Part shown: positions 18,878 to 27,568 of the stretch, one piece after another | Numbering within the stretch: position 1 is the stretch's first letter | Layout: every line of letters begins with the position of its first letter | NCBI GenBank assembly: GCA_018674305.1 | Contig: JABHAL010000015.1 | Span: 128,532-192,531, forward strand | DNA: 64,000 bases | Direction of reading: 5' to 3' | DNA from: Candidatus Falkowbacteria bacterium | GTDB lineage: Bacteria > Patescibacteriota > Patescibacteriia > UBA11705 > JABHMO01 | Position numbers and translations under genes: made by a program | Notes under the pieces: model-generated | Database searches by the model: none | Told to the model about the DNA's origin: nothing | Seen by the model: the letters and a program-made list of their open reading frames with translations, nothing else

Positions 18878-19804
18878 TTATTTTTTAACAACAATAACAT
18901 TTCCCTTAATTGTATCAGGAACCTTACGCAATTCCGCTTTGAATCCCTTGTCCTGCAAATATTTTATCCTGGCTGAATCCAGCTTTTCCATTGCCTCTTG
19001 TCCTTTTTTTCGTTTTTCCAAGTCATTACTATTAGTTAAATCTGACTGACGACAAAGTTGTTTCCACTCTTCTTTGTCAATACCATATGGATTGGCATGA
19101 TTCTTGGCCATTCCCTGACAACAGGTCATTAAATACAATTCCGGACTGCCTTCAGATTTCGACCAACTATCAATAATATGATCAGCTAAATCACCACAAG
19201 GATGTTTGGCTACCCAGGTGCCATCAGGAATTTTATCTTTTCTAATATCAAATTGAACAGGTTCAACACTTTGATCCAAAATTTTATTTAACTCTTCTAC
19301 ATAACGAAGCTGATGTGGATTAATGTCCAAAACCTTAGCTGGTTTACCGGTCTTTTCAGATAAAACACGAGCCATATCACCAGCGCCACCAGCAATGTCA
19401 ATAATCTCATCACCAGAAATAGTATCAATTATTTTCGAAAAACCAATCATTTCTCGTTTTTTTCTTTTATAAAATTCTTCTGTTTTTTGGGGGAGAGAAG
19501 TATCACTATACACCTCTTGCTTAAGTTCAGGTACCATAAAATCTAAAAGAATACAGTTTTCACTGGGTGTTACGTTGTGAACATTAAATTTCCCAGACTT
19601 AAGCATCTGCTGAATTTCTTGAGCTCTTTCTGGTGAAAAATCAACAAAAAGCTCCTTCTGCCGTTCCCTATTCAATTCCCCTAAACTTTCCCAAAGTTTA
19701 TTGAGATAAGTATTAAAAACTCTCGCCCTATTTTTCTGGGAATATAATTCGTCTGCAACATGTTCAGCTACGGAGACTGGTAAATTTTGGTTTTCGAATT
19801 TCAT
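18878..19804 (-). CDS. Class I SAM-dependent methyltransferase-domain protein
   Basis: IDIAGGAGD, KHPCGDLAD, MTCC motifs (Methyltransf_32-like). Confidence 0.7.
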   Translation of the reverse strand: MKFENQNLPVSVAEHVADELYSQKNRARVFNTYLNKLWESLGELNRERQKELFVDFSPERAQEIQQMLKSGKFNVHNVTPSENCILLDFMVPELKQEVYSDTSLPQKTEEFYKRKKREMIGFSKIIDTISGDEIIDIAGGAGDMARVLSEKTGKPAKVLDINPHQLRYVEELNKILDQSVEPVQFDIRKDKIPDGTWVAKHPCGDLADHIIDSWSKSEGSPELYLMTCCQGMAKNHANPYGIDKEEWKQLCRQSDLTNSNDLEKRKKGQEAMEKLDSARIKYLQDKGFKAELRKVPDTIKGNVIVVKK

Positions 19805-19814
19805 ACTTAAACTA

Positions 19815-20387
19815 CTAAAATTTAACTTTTACGTTTTCTTTTTCTTTCTCATCGGCTTCAAAAAAATCATACTTTTTAAATCCAATAGCATTAGCAATCA
19901 TATTTGTTGGGAAAACTTGAATTTTGGTATTGAAGTCACGAACATTACCATTGTAAAATCTTCGAGCAGCTTGGATCTTATTTTCAATATCACTCAACTC
20001 ATCTTGCAACTTCGCAAAATTAGCAGAAGCCTTCAGGTCAGGATAACTCTCAGCTACTGCGAACAAGGTTTTTAACGCTCCTGACAGCATGTTTTCGGCC
20101 TTAGCTTGGTCTTCTGGACTAGCATCCTTGTTATCATGTGATCCCATGGCAGCTGTTCGAGCTTCAGTTACTTTTTGTAAAGTTTCTTGTTCGTGCGTCA
20201 TGTAACCTTTAACGGTCTCCATTAGATTTGGAATCAAATCATAACGTCGTTTTAACTGAACATCAATATCTGAAGAAGCCTCGTCCACACGATTACGTAA
20301 ACGAATTAGTCCGTTGTAGACTGCGATTAACCAAACGATAATTACTGCTACAACTGCCAAAATTACATAAATAATTGTTGCTGACAT
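19815..20387 (-). CDS. lemA: LemA family protein
   Basis: YNGL..RN.VDEA..IDVQLKRRYDLIPNL, AE.YPDLKA, ARRFYN. Confidence 0.95.
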   Translation of the reverse strand: MSATIIYVILAVVAVIIVWLIAVYNGLIRLRNRVDEASSDIDVQLKRRYDLIPNLMETVKGYMTHEQETLQKVTEARTAAMGSHDNKDASPEDQAKAENMLSGALKTLFAVAESYPDLKASANFAKLQDELSDIENKIQAARRFYNGNVRDFNTKIQVFPTNMIANAIGFKKYDFFEADEKEKENVKVKF

Positions 20388-20504
20388 AAATTGTTTATTA
20401 TTTATAAAATCAACTAAATTATAGTCTATTATAGCAGAAAAATCAACTTTATTTTGTTTTTATTATAAAAAAAGAGCAAGCCAGTGATGGCTTGCTTTGA
20501 TTGA

Positions 20505-20777
20505 CTACCAACCCCTTCTTTTCTTTAATTTCTTGCGTCGATTTTTTCTAGCTTGCTCTCGATAGGATTCCTTAGCTTTTTCCTGTCGAAGAGCTCTAGC
20601 TTCAACCTTGTTTGGCACATGCTCACGTTTGGTTAATTCAGTCTTAATCTCTACAACTGACAACATTCGACCACCTGGTATCGGCGTATGGCCCTTGTGT
20701 CGTTTTGACCTAGCTTTTTCTAAATAATTCAACAAGACTTTTGTAGGTAAATTTGGTAAATCATATGGATTAGTCAT
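20505..20777 (-). CDS. Small basic hypothetical protein
   Basis: ORF with GGGAGG SD, boxA-like GTTCTTTGAA and a downstream hairpin at ~20475-20497. Confidence 0.7.
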   Translation of the reverse strand: MTNPYDLPNLPTKVLLNYLEKARSKRHKGHTPIPGGRMLSVVEIKTELTKREHVPNKVEARALRQEKAKESYREQARKNRRKKLKKRRGW

Positions 20778-20882
20778 AATAACCTCCCTTATGACAAAGA
20801 TTCAAAGAACGAGCACTAAAGCGTATATGCACTAGTTTATCAAGTTCAATGATTTTAAGCAAATATTATAACTACTGTTCTA

Positions 20883-20911
20883 TTGACAATATACAACCAA
20901 TAAGCTATACT
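20883..20911 (+). promoter_or_regulatory. Sigma70 promoter
   Basis: TTGACA-N17-TATACT. Confidence 0.85.
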
Positions 20912-20917
20912 TTAACC

Positions 20918-21261
20918 TAGGTTAAGAAGTGAAACCTCCGCCACGCGGAGGGGTAACCTAAATTGGTTCCCGACAAACCGATTTAGATTGCTGGTAATAC
21001 CGGAGTGGGTTAGCTCGCCCTCATCATGGCCCTTGACAGCGGTGTTGGTAAATGAATAGCAGTCAAGTCCATTCTACGACTAGCCCTGCTACCAACCGCG
21101 ACCGTCTACAGACTAGGAAATACCTCCGCCAAATTGAATGCGCACAATTTGGTTCCGAATGGATATTGGACAAATATGAAACTGGCGAGAAAATTCATAT
21201 TTGAGAAATATCCAGGTCTAGTCCCTTATTCCGGGGGGTGCGTCAAGCATTTCTTAACCTA
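20918..21261 (+). ncRNA. Unassigned large structured ncRNA (~345 nt, multiple pseudoknots)
   Basis: Terminal helix TAGGTTAAGAAGTG/CATTTCTTAACCTA starts at the predicted TSS. At least 8 internal helices, raised GC, no credible ORF, own terminator. Confidence 0.8.
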
Positions 21262-21263
21262 AA

Positions 21264-21304
21264 AGCGCGCCTTGTGCATCATTACGGGGCGCGCTATTTT
21301 TTTT
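21264..21304 (+). terminator. Intrinsic terminator of the ncRNA
   Basis: AGCGCGCC..GGCGCGCT-ATTTTTTTT. Confidence 0.85.
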
Positions 21305-21356
21305 GCAAACAAAAAAAAACAACTATTAAAGTTGTTTCTTTTATACAGTTCAAATT

Positions 21357-23078
21357 CTAACCAACACTTTTCATATATTTTAAGTCTTCCTTCTTAATCA
21401 TAAATTTACCATCTTTAGCTAGCCTCTTTGCTAGTATTTCATCTTTCTGATCCTCATTAACTAACGACTGAGCAATCGTCTTGGCCTTTTCTCCTATTTC
21501 TGCATCATTTTCATTATTAGCAGCCTCGGTAACTCCCCATAGATGCCAACCTATTTTATTCAGTGTTTTTTGGAAATTATCTTGCAATCCAGCAAGATCC
21601 ACACCCCATTCATTTTTCACCTCACCACGGTCAATTTTTGCTTGAATGACCTCAATTTCATTTTGTTTCAATGCTATTATTTCTTCTAACGCAACAATGT
21701 ATGAATTTGCATCACTATATCCCATTTGTGATTCCCAATGACCCTCATCAGAGGCTAAACGAAAAGTGTGTTTTTTATCTTTTGAAGATAAAGATTGATA
21801 TATTTGCTGAGCATATGACCAAGAATCAAAATTATTTCGTTCAGGTAAATCCAGATTATATATATCACCTTCTAACACATCTTTTATTAATTCATTTTTC
21901 TGACTTTCACTTAATTCAAAATCATTATTGACAATATCCTCTATTTTCATTGGTTTCTTATTGTACTTTACTCTTTTCCTATCAACTTCTTCAAGTTCTT
22001 CATTCACAATTTTTTCAGTCACAACTTCCTCAACCAAAAAATATTCACCTGTCTGAGCATCTCTTATATATACTGGCATGCCCAGGGTTTTGCCTTCTTT
22101 CAATATTTCATCCATCAAATTTTTATTACCATGCTCAGTTAAGGCTGAATTCTCCGCTATTTTAACATCAATATCTGAATCAAAAAACAAAGCTGCAATT
22201 TGTGGTTTTTTTACTAAAATTTCATTATGTCCAGACTCCGATTTATTAATAGCTTGAGAGATTTCTTCTTTAGGATTTTCAGTATTAAATACATTACTTC
22301 GTTCACCTTCAGATACTTGTGAAACACTATCTCTCGCCATTGCTGCCCCAATCTCACCCCCTTTCAATAAAACACCAAAAGAAAAAAAGGATTGATCCTT
22401 GACTTCATTCTTTTGCTTATCAAGCCGTACACTTGCAGTTGACAAATTAGGCTCCATTGCCAATGTTGCATGAAACATATCCTGCCATCTAACCCCACGC
22501 TTCATAACAGAAACCTGTCCCGGAGTAGTCATGCTCAAAAAACTGTGATTTAATACAGCATTATGTTCTTTACATACCTCCATAACATCCTTGGACTTTT
22601 TCTCACCTTCCCAAGTCTCCAGAGCCTCAGCTTGATCTTTATAAAATTCACTTATCAAACTTTCAGCTTTTTCAAGTTCGACTTTACTGTCAGCCTCTTT
22701 TTGCAAATCTTTATACATTTGCCACAACCCCTCAAACTCTCTTTGTAAATCTTCAACTTTTCTCCTATCCCCTTGGATCTCATTCTGCAAAGCCCTAATC
22801 TCAAATAAATTAAATAATTTAGCAAGTGTTCTTTGCTGTTTTGACTCTAATTCACTCTCCAATTCTTTCAACCTATCGATTACTTCCTTAAACTCCAATT
22901 GTTTTTGTTTAATTTTCTCCTGTAATCGTACTGTTTTTTCATTGATATCTGCTTGGCGTTCAGAAAACTGAGCTTCCAGCGCAGCTTGTTGCGCCTCCAC
23001 TTCTAATTTTTCCTCGGGATTTTTTTCCTGAACAAAATTTCTAAGCTTTTGATTATTTACTGGTGATTCTTTTCTCAT
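21357..23078 (-). CDS. Hypothetical protein with N-terminal coiled coil
   Basis: 573-aa ORF with an E/K/Q-rich N-terminus. Confidence 0.75.
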   Translation of the reverse strand: MRKESPVNNQKLRNFVQEKNPEEKLEVEAQQAALEAQFSERQADINEKTVRLQEKIKQKQLEFKEVIDRLKELESELESKQQRTLAKLFNLFEIRALQNEIQGDRRKVEDLQREFEGLWQMYKDLQKEADSKVELEKAESLISEFYKDQAEALETWEGEKKSKDVMEVCKEHNAVLNHSFLSMTTPGQVSVMKRGVRWQDMFHATLAMEPNLSTASVRLDKQKNEVKDQSFFSFGVLLKGGEIGAAMARDSVSQVSEGERSNVFNTENPKEEISQAINKSESGHNEILVKKPQIAALFFDSDIDVKIAENSALTEHGNKNLMDEILKEGKTLGMPVYIRDAQTGEYFLVEEVVTEKIVNEELEEVDRKRVKYNKKPMKIEDIVNNDFELSESQKNELIKDVLEGDIYNLDLPERNNFDSWSYAQQIYQSLSSKDKKHTFRLASDEGHWESQMGYSDANSYIVALEEIIALKQNEIEVIQAKIDRGEVKNEWGVDLAGLQDNFQKTLNKIGWHLWGVTEAANNENDAEIGEKAKTIAQSLVNEDQKDEILAKRLAKDGKFMIKKEDLKYMKSVG

Positions 23079-23105
23079 AAATTTGCAAACACAAAACTTC
23101 GAAAA

Positions 23106-25091
23106 TTATTTAAAATTGGCTCGAAACACTCCATCAAAATTTTCCGGCGGATTAACAAGATATTCTTTTAAGCGTTCAACATAAATTTCGATTGGCCGAT
23201 CTTCTGGGTAGGCTTCTGCCAACGACGAAAATAACTTCAAAGCTTCCGGCCATTCTTGATTTAAATATTGCTGTGTTGCTAGTCCAAATTTTTCTAATAA
23301 TTCAGCGTACTTTTTTTTGTCCGCTAATTCACCCAAAACTTGATAAATTTTAATGCCTGTTTGCTTCCCTTTTACAGCAACGGTATCTAAATATCTAAAC
23401 ACAAATTTGTTATTCAATTCAGCTTTTGTTTTTTCACTGGCCAAAATACCAACTCCATAATATTTAGTTAAACTTTCCAGGCGAGATGCTAAGTTCACAT
23501 CATCACCAATGGCCGTGTAATCAAAACGCTGATGTGATCCCAAATTTCCAACCACCACTTCGCCCGTATTTAACCCAATTCCAATCTTTATCTCAGGCAT
23601 CCCTCGGATTTTCATTTTTTTATTAAATTTTACTAATTCACTTTGCATTAATAATGCTGAAGTTAACCCATCTTGGCGATGATTTTCATTATGCAAAGGT
23701 GAATTCCAAAAAGCCATAACCGCATCACCAATAAACTTATCCACAACCCCGTTATTATCCATAATCACAGTTGTCATTTCGGTTAAATAATCGTTTAAGT
23801 AATGTACAAGCTCCTCGGGCTTCATTTTTTCTGACAATGAAGTAAACCCACGAATATCAGAAAACAAAATAGTTAATTCTCGCCTTTCTCCGCCGAGATT
23901 CAATTTTTCTGGTTTAGCAATTAGCTCGTCAACAACTTCCTTAGCTACATATTGGGAAAAACCAGCACGAATTTTTTGTTTTTCTTGCGATTCTAATAAA
24001 TATCGAATCACAAAAGCAGTAGCAAAAATTAAAATTATTAACAAACAAGGATATAAAATCGAAAATAACCAACTGAAGACAAAGGCTACAACTACACCCA
24101 GTAAATATAAAACGATTAACAATACCATGCCCAACAATGAGTAATACCAACGCCAAGCAAAAGCTACAAAAGCACTAATTATTCCTAAAAGTATAAATAG
24201 ACCTAAATACAAAATTTGATTATCAACTTGCTGAACATATGCCGACTGTAAATATGACTCAATCAAGTTAGCCTGAATTTCCACCCCAGACATAGCCTCA
24301 AACTTAGTCGAAGCCGTGAAATATTGATCATGTAAATTGTCTGCAGTAGCACCGACTAAAACAATCTTGCCTTGCAAAACTTGACTATCAAAATCCTGAT
24401 TGTAAACATCTATGAAAGAATATTTTTGAAAAGTATTTTCCGGACCAAAGAATTTAATGCGAAATAATCCGAACTGATCAAAATCAAATTTTTCAGGATA
24501 TAAACTATCAACTTCATTCCACAAGCCAGCTTTTTGTAGAACACCAACAAAAAACGGCGTCACCATTTCATCTTGATATTTAACAAAATTAGGTGTACGT
24601 CGAATCTGCCCATCCTGATCTGTTATCAAAGAGACATGCCCAACAGAGGACCGTTCTTGAATCTCTGATATTGGCCACAAAGTTTCAGTGAACTGAGGAT
24701 CAGCACCTAAAGTCAATTTTAACTCACCCTCCATTGGAAAAACTACTTTGTTCCCCTCCTGCAAAACTGACAACAATTCATTATCTCCACCGCTCGACTC
24801 ACTAAAAGTCATATCATAACCAATAGCTTTCACTCCAGACTTACTCAATTTATCAATCATTTGAGTATGCAAACTTCTTGACCAAGGCCACTCACCAAAA
24901 GACTGAATTGATTTATCATCAATTCCGATCAGAACAATTTGATTAGAAATTTCCTCTTGAACAAATAATTTATCTTTTAACTGTTCATCAAATAAATTAA
25001 AAACCTTAAAATGCAATAGACCGTACATCAAGCCAACACAAACTACAGCTGTTAAAATTGCGCTCAGAATTTTAGTTTGTTTTTTTAACAT
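23106..25091 (-). CDS. CHASE2-domain class III adenylate/guanylate cyclase
   Basis: IDDKS..GEWPWSR (CHASE2), 3 TM, FSDIRGFT, DKFIGDAVMAFW, YTAIGDDVNLASRLE, VKGK. Confidence 0.93.
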   Translation of the reverse strand: MLKKQTKILSAILTAVVCVGLMYGLLHFKVFNLFDEQLKDKLFVQEEISNQIVLIGIDDKSIQSFGEWPWSRSLHTQMIDKLSKSGVKAIGYDMTFSESSGGDNELLSVLQEGNKVVFPMEGELKLTLGADPQFTETLWPISEIQERSSVGHVSLITDQDGQIRRTPNFVKYQDEMVTPFFVGVLQKAGLWNEVDSLYPEKFDFDQFGLFRIKFFGPENTFQKYSFIDVYNQDFDSQVLQGKIVLVGATADNLHDQYFTASTKFEAMSGVEIQANLIESYLQSAYVQQVDNQILYLGLFILLGIISAFVAFAWRWYYSLLGMVLLIVLYLLGVVVAFVFSWLFSILYPCLLIILIFATAFVIRYLLESQEKQKIRAGFSQYVAKEVVDELIAKPEKLNLGGERRELTILFSDIRGFTSLSEKMKPEELVHYLNDYLTEMTTVIMDNNGVVDKFIGDAVMAFWNSPLHNENHRQDGLTSALLMQSELVKFNKKMKIRGMPEIKIGIGLNTGEVVVGNLGSHQRFDYTAIGDDVNLASRLESLTKYYGVGILASEKTKAELNNKFVFRYLDTVAVKGKQTGIKIYQVLGELADKKKYAELLEKFGLATQQYLNQEWPEALKLFSSLAEAYPEDRPIEIYVERLKEYLVNPPENFDGVFRANFK

Positions 25092-25096
25092 AGCAG

Positions 25097-26809
25097 TTAA
25101 TTTCTCAGTTTAGTTGAAACCAATAGAACTGTAATTGTTGTTTGGCCTGTAAACGAACTATTATCATCTGGTCGATACGTACCAGAAATTGTAGTAGCAC
25201 CACCATTGCGATTGGCTGTAAAAATATTTCCCTTCAAACTACCGACGTCATTACCACTGATTGAATCTCCACTGGCTGACCAATTTATTTGTTCAGTGAC
25301 ATCTAATTTACTACCATCACTATAAATCAAATTGGCGCTAAGCTTTGAACTCGCATCAGGAATTAAGCTTGCTGGATTAGCAGTGACTACTAAACTTTGA
25401 GCCACAGGCACCACCAGCTCCTCAGGCTGATCAGTTGAACCACTGTCAGTGATTGCAGGCTGTTCTTCGGTAACAGCTGGTGTATCAGTTGTGACGGGAT
25501 CTTCTAATGTTGCGGATTCACCAGTAGTAGCTGGTTCATCAGTCGCAATAGATTCAACGGTTGTTTCTTGTTCTGTCGATTCAGAACTCGGCACCTGGTC
25601 ATCTGCGGTTCCATAGGTTGGCTCTGATTCCTGTACTTCAATAACGACTGGTTCAATTTTAGGCTTAGCTAAATCTTGTTCAACTTCTAGCTTTAATTCA
25701 CCTGAGTCAACACTTTGTACTTCCTCTGAATCTAAACCTTGAATTTTATTAGCGATAAATGCAGCAACTGATTGGTCAAAAATCTTGCCTAAAAATACTT
25801 TTCGTAAACCATCATATCGTGACAACTTATTTGTAAATTCTTTATCAAAAGACTGCAGTCTCTGTAATGTTGCTAAAGTCTGTTTATTAAATTCTGCTAT
25901 TTTCAACTGTTCAATTGCCTTGGTTACTTTTGTACTATCAATTAAGCCCTGAATTTCAATTCCTCTTTTGGTTTCTAGCTTTTGTTTATAACTAGACTCT
26001 GTTCCAGACAAAAGCAAACGGATCTTTTCAAACCCGGTTTTAATCCCATACAAAGGATGGTCAGGTAGTAGCCCAACGTCGCTAATAATTGCTTGCCTTT
26101 TTGTCTCTAAATAATTTTCAAAATTTCTATTCATCATTATATTATTGTAAATCCATGGCTCTTCTTTTTGTTGTAACTTTAATTCATCTGTACCAACTGT
26201 TTCCTGCTCATAAGTTTTCTTTACCAAATCATAAGTCAATTTATCACCGGCTGACATATTTGCTAGAATTGCTGCCTCTCCAACAAGACTTACGTCAACA
26301 TCATTTTCATAAACAAAAACTTCAACTGTAATATCCGTTAAAGTTACATTAAAGGCAGTACCACGAACTGTTGCCACAACTGTACCCGCTTCAACTTCAA
26401 AAGCAGCAGAAGGATGCAATAGATTCATTAATCTTGACCAAACCTGTCCTTTTTGCAATTTAACTCTGACCTTGGTCAACAAAGGTGAGTTGGAATTAAT
26501 ATATCCCTTGGTAATAACAACTTGTGAATCTTCAGCGACCATAACTTCCTGAGTATCAAAAAAACTAATTCGCGCTACTGAATTACCATTGGTTTTTATA
26601 ATGTCACCTTCGGAAACAATTTTAAATTTTTCAACTTTCTGAAAATCATTATCAGTACTTCCATTGTGCCAAACATCTCCCTTTTCTACAATTAAAGCGA
26701 TTTCTGGTTCTACCAAGTCTGTTCTCCCCATTGCACCGTTAAACCAAAATATTACTATTACAATGACAACCGCTAAAACAATTAAACCAAAAGTTTTTAT
26801 TTTTTTCAT
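25097..26809 (-). CDS. FecR-domain protein with DUF5667-like region and C-terminal Ig-like domain
   Basis: GDIIKT...VATVRGTAF (FecR), GLLPDHPLY..K..E (DUF5667-like), DVT....WS (Big_2-like). Confidence 0.8.
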   Translation of the reverse strand: MKKIKTFGLIVLAVVIVIVIFWFNGAMGRTDLVEPEIALIVEKGDVWHNGSTDNDFQKVEKFKIVSEGDIIKTNGNSVARISFFDTQEVMVAEDSQVVITKGYINSNSPLLTKVRVKLQKGQVWSRLMNLLHPSAAFEVEAGTVVATVRGTAFNVTLTDITVEVFVYENDVDVSLVGEAAILANMSAGDKLTYDLVKKTYEQETVGTDELKLQQKEEPWIYNNIMMNRNFENYLETKRQAIISDVGLLPDHPLYGIKTGFEKIRLLLSGTESSYKQKLETKRGIEIQGLIDSTKVTKAIEQLKIAEFNKQTLATLQRLQSFDKEFTNKLSRYDGLRKVFLGKIFDQSVAAFIANKIQGLDSEEVQSVDSGELKLEVEQDLAKPKIEPVVIEVQESEPTYGTADDQVPSSESTEQETTVESIATDEPATTGESATLEDPVTTDTPAVTEEQPAITDSGSTDQPEELVVPVAQSLVVTANPASLIPDASSKLSANLIYSDGSKLDVTEQINWSASGDSISGNDVGSLKGNIFTANRNGGATTISGTYRPDDNSSFTGQTTITVLLVSTKLRN

Positions 26810-26875
26810 AAATTTAGATCATTAATTTTTAAACCTCCTAGTAACAGCTTAGCAAATTTTGGCCGTGAATTCAAC

Positions 26876-27379
26876 CTAAACTTCATTATTTCGATCACAA
26901 AACCAAGCTTTTGGGTTGTTACAAATATAACAACGAGCATGTTCCAGTTCGGATTGGTCTCGTAACACGCGGTCGTAAAATGATTTTTGCCAATTAAAAT
27001 CAAAACAATTTAGACCATATCGAATTTGTTTGGTACAAACATTTTTGAAGGAATTTATGATTTTGGAAATTAATCCATAATTATTTCGTGTAGGGATCGG
27101 GCAATGCCCGTTCCCTACGTTTTTTATATATATTATACCGTGCATATGATTCGGCATTACAATATATTTATCCAATGAAACATTTTCATAATACCGTGGA
27201 ATTAATTTCCAAAATTCATTTACCACATCACCACAAACATTCAAAATCATTTTTTCATCAACAACATCACCAAACCAATTTATTCTATTCTTCGTACAAA
27301 TCGTTAAATAATAAAAACCGGGCAATGAATAATCAAACGCCCGACAACGGTTTAATTTTCGTTCTGGACCATTGTACAT
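26876..27379 (-). mobile_element. REP-associated tyrosine transposase (RAYT / Y1 family)
   Basis: DYS.PG.Y.LTICT, VMPNHMHGII (HUH), WQKSFYD.V.R, YI..NP..W. Confidence 0.88.
27090..27118. repeat. REP-like palindrome inside the RAYT gene
   Basis: GTAGGGATCGGGCA-A-TGCCCGTTCCCTAC, an imperfect palindrome with GTAG ends. Confidence 0.7.
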
Positions 27380-27534
27380 ATATTAACATTGTGACAATTA
27401 ATTTAAGAAACCTATAGCAAAATGTTATCCCCACTCGTCAAATCCTATTAAAACAAAAACTTCTCTTCTATACAGCGGTGTTTTTTTGACGATGAAAGTC
27501 GTCAATATTAAGATAACAATTTTTTAAAATAAAA

Positions 27535-27561
27535 AAGGACCCTTGTATCGACAAGGGTCCT
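27535..27561 (-). terminator. Terminator after the large surface protein gene
   Basis: AGGACCCTTGT..ACAAGGGTCCT, with a T tract on the minus strand. Confidence 0.75.
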
Positions 27562-27568
27562 GTCTTTC

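Noticed and set aside
20918-21261. RNase P RNA or tmRNA, given the matching size
   Set aside because: I could not find GAGGAAAGTCC or the 3' P4 strand on either strand, nor tRNA-like acceptor/T-arm ends with CCA. A cmscan is still needed.
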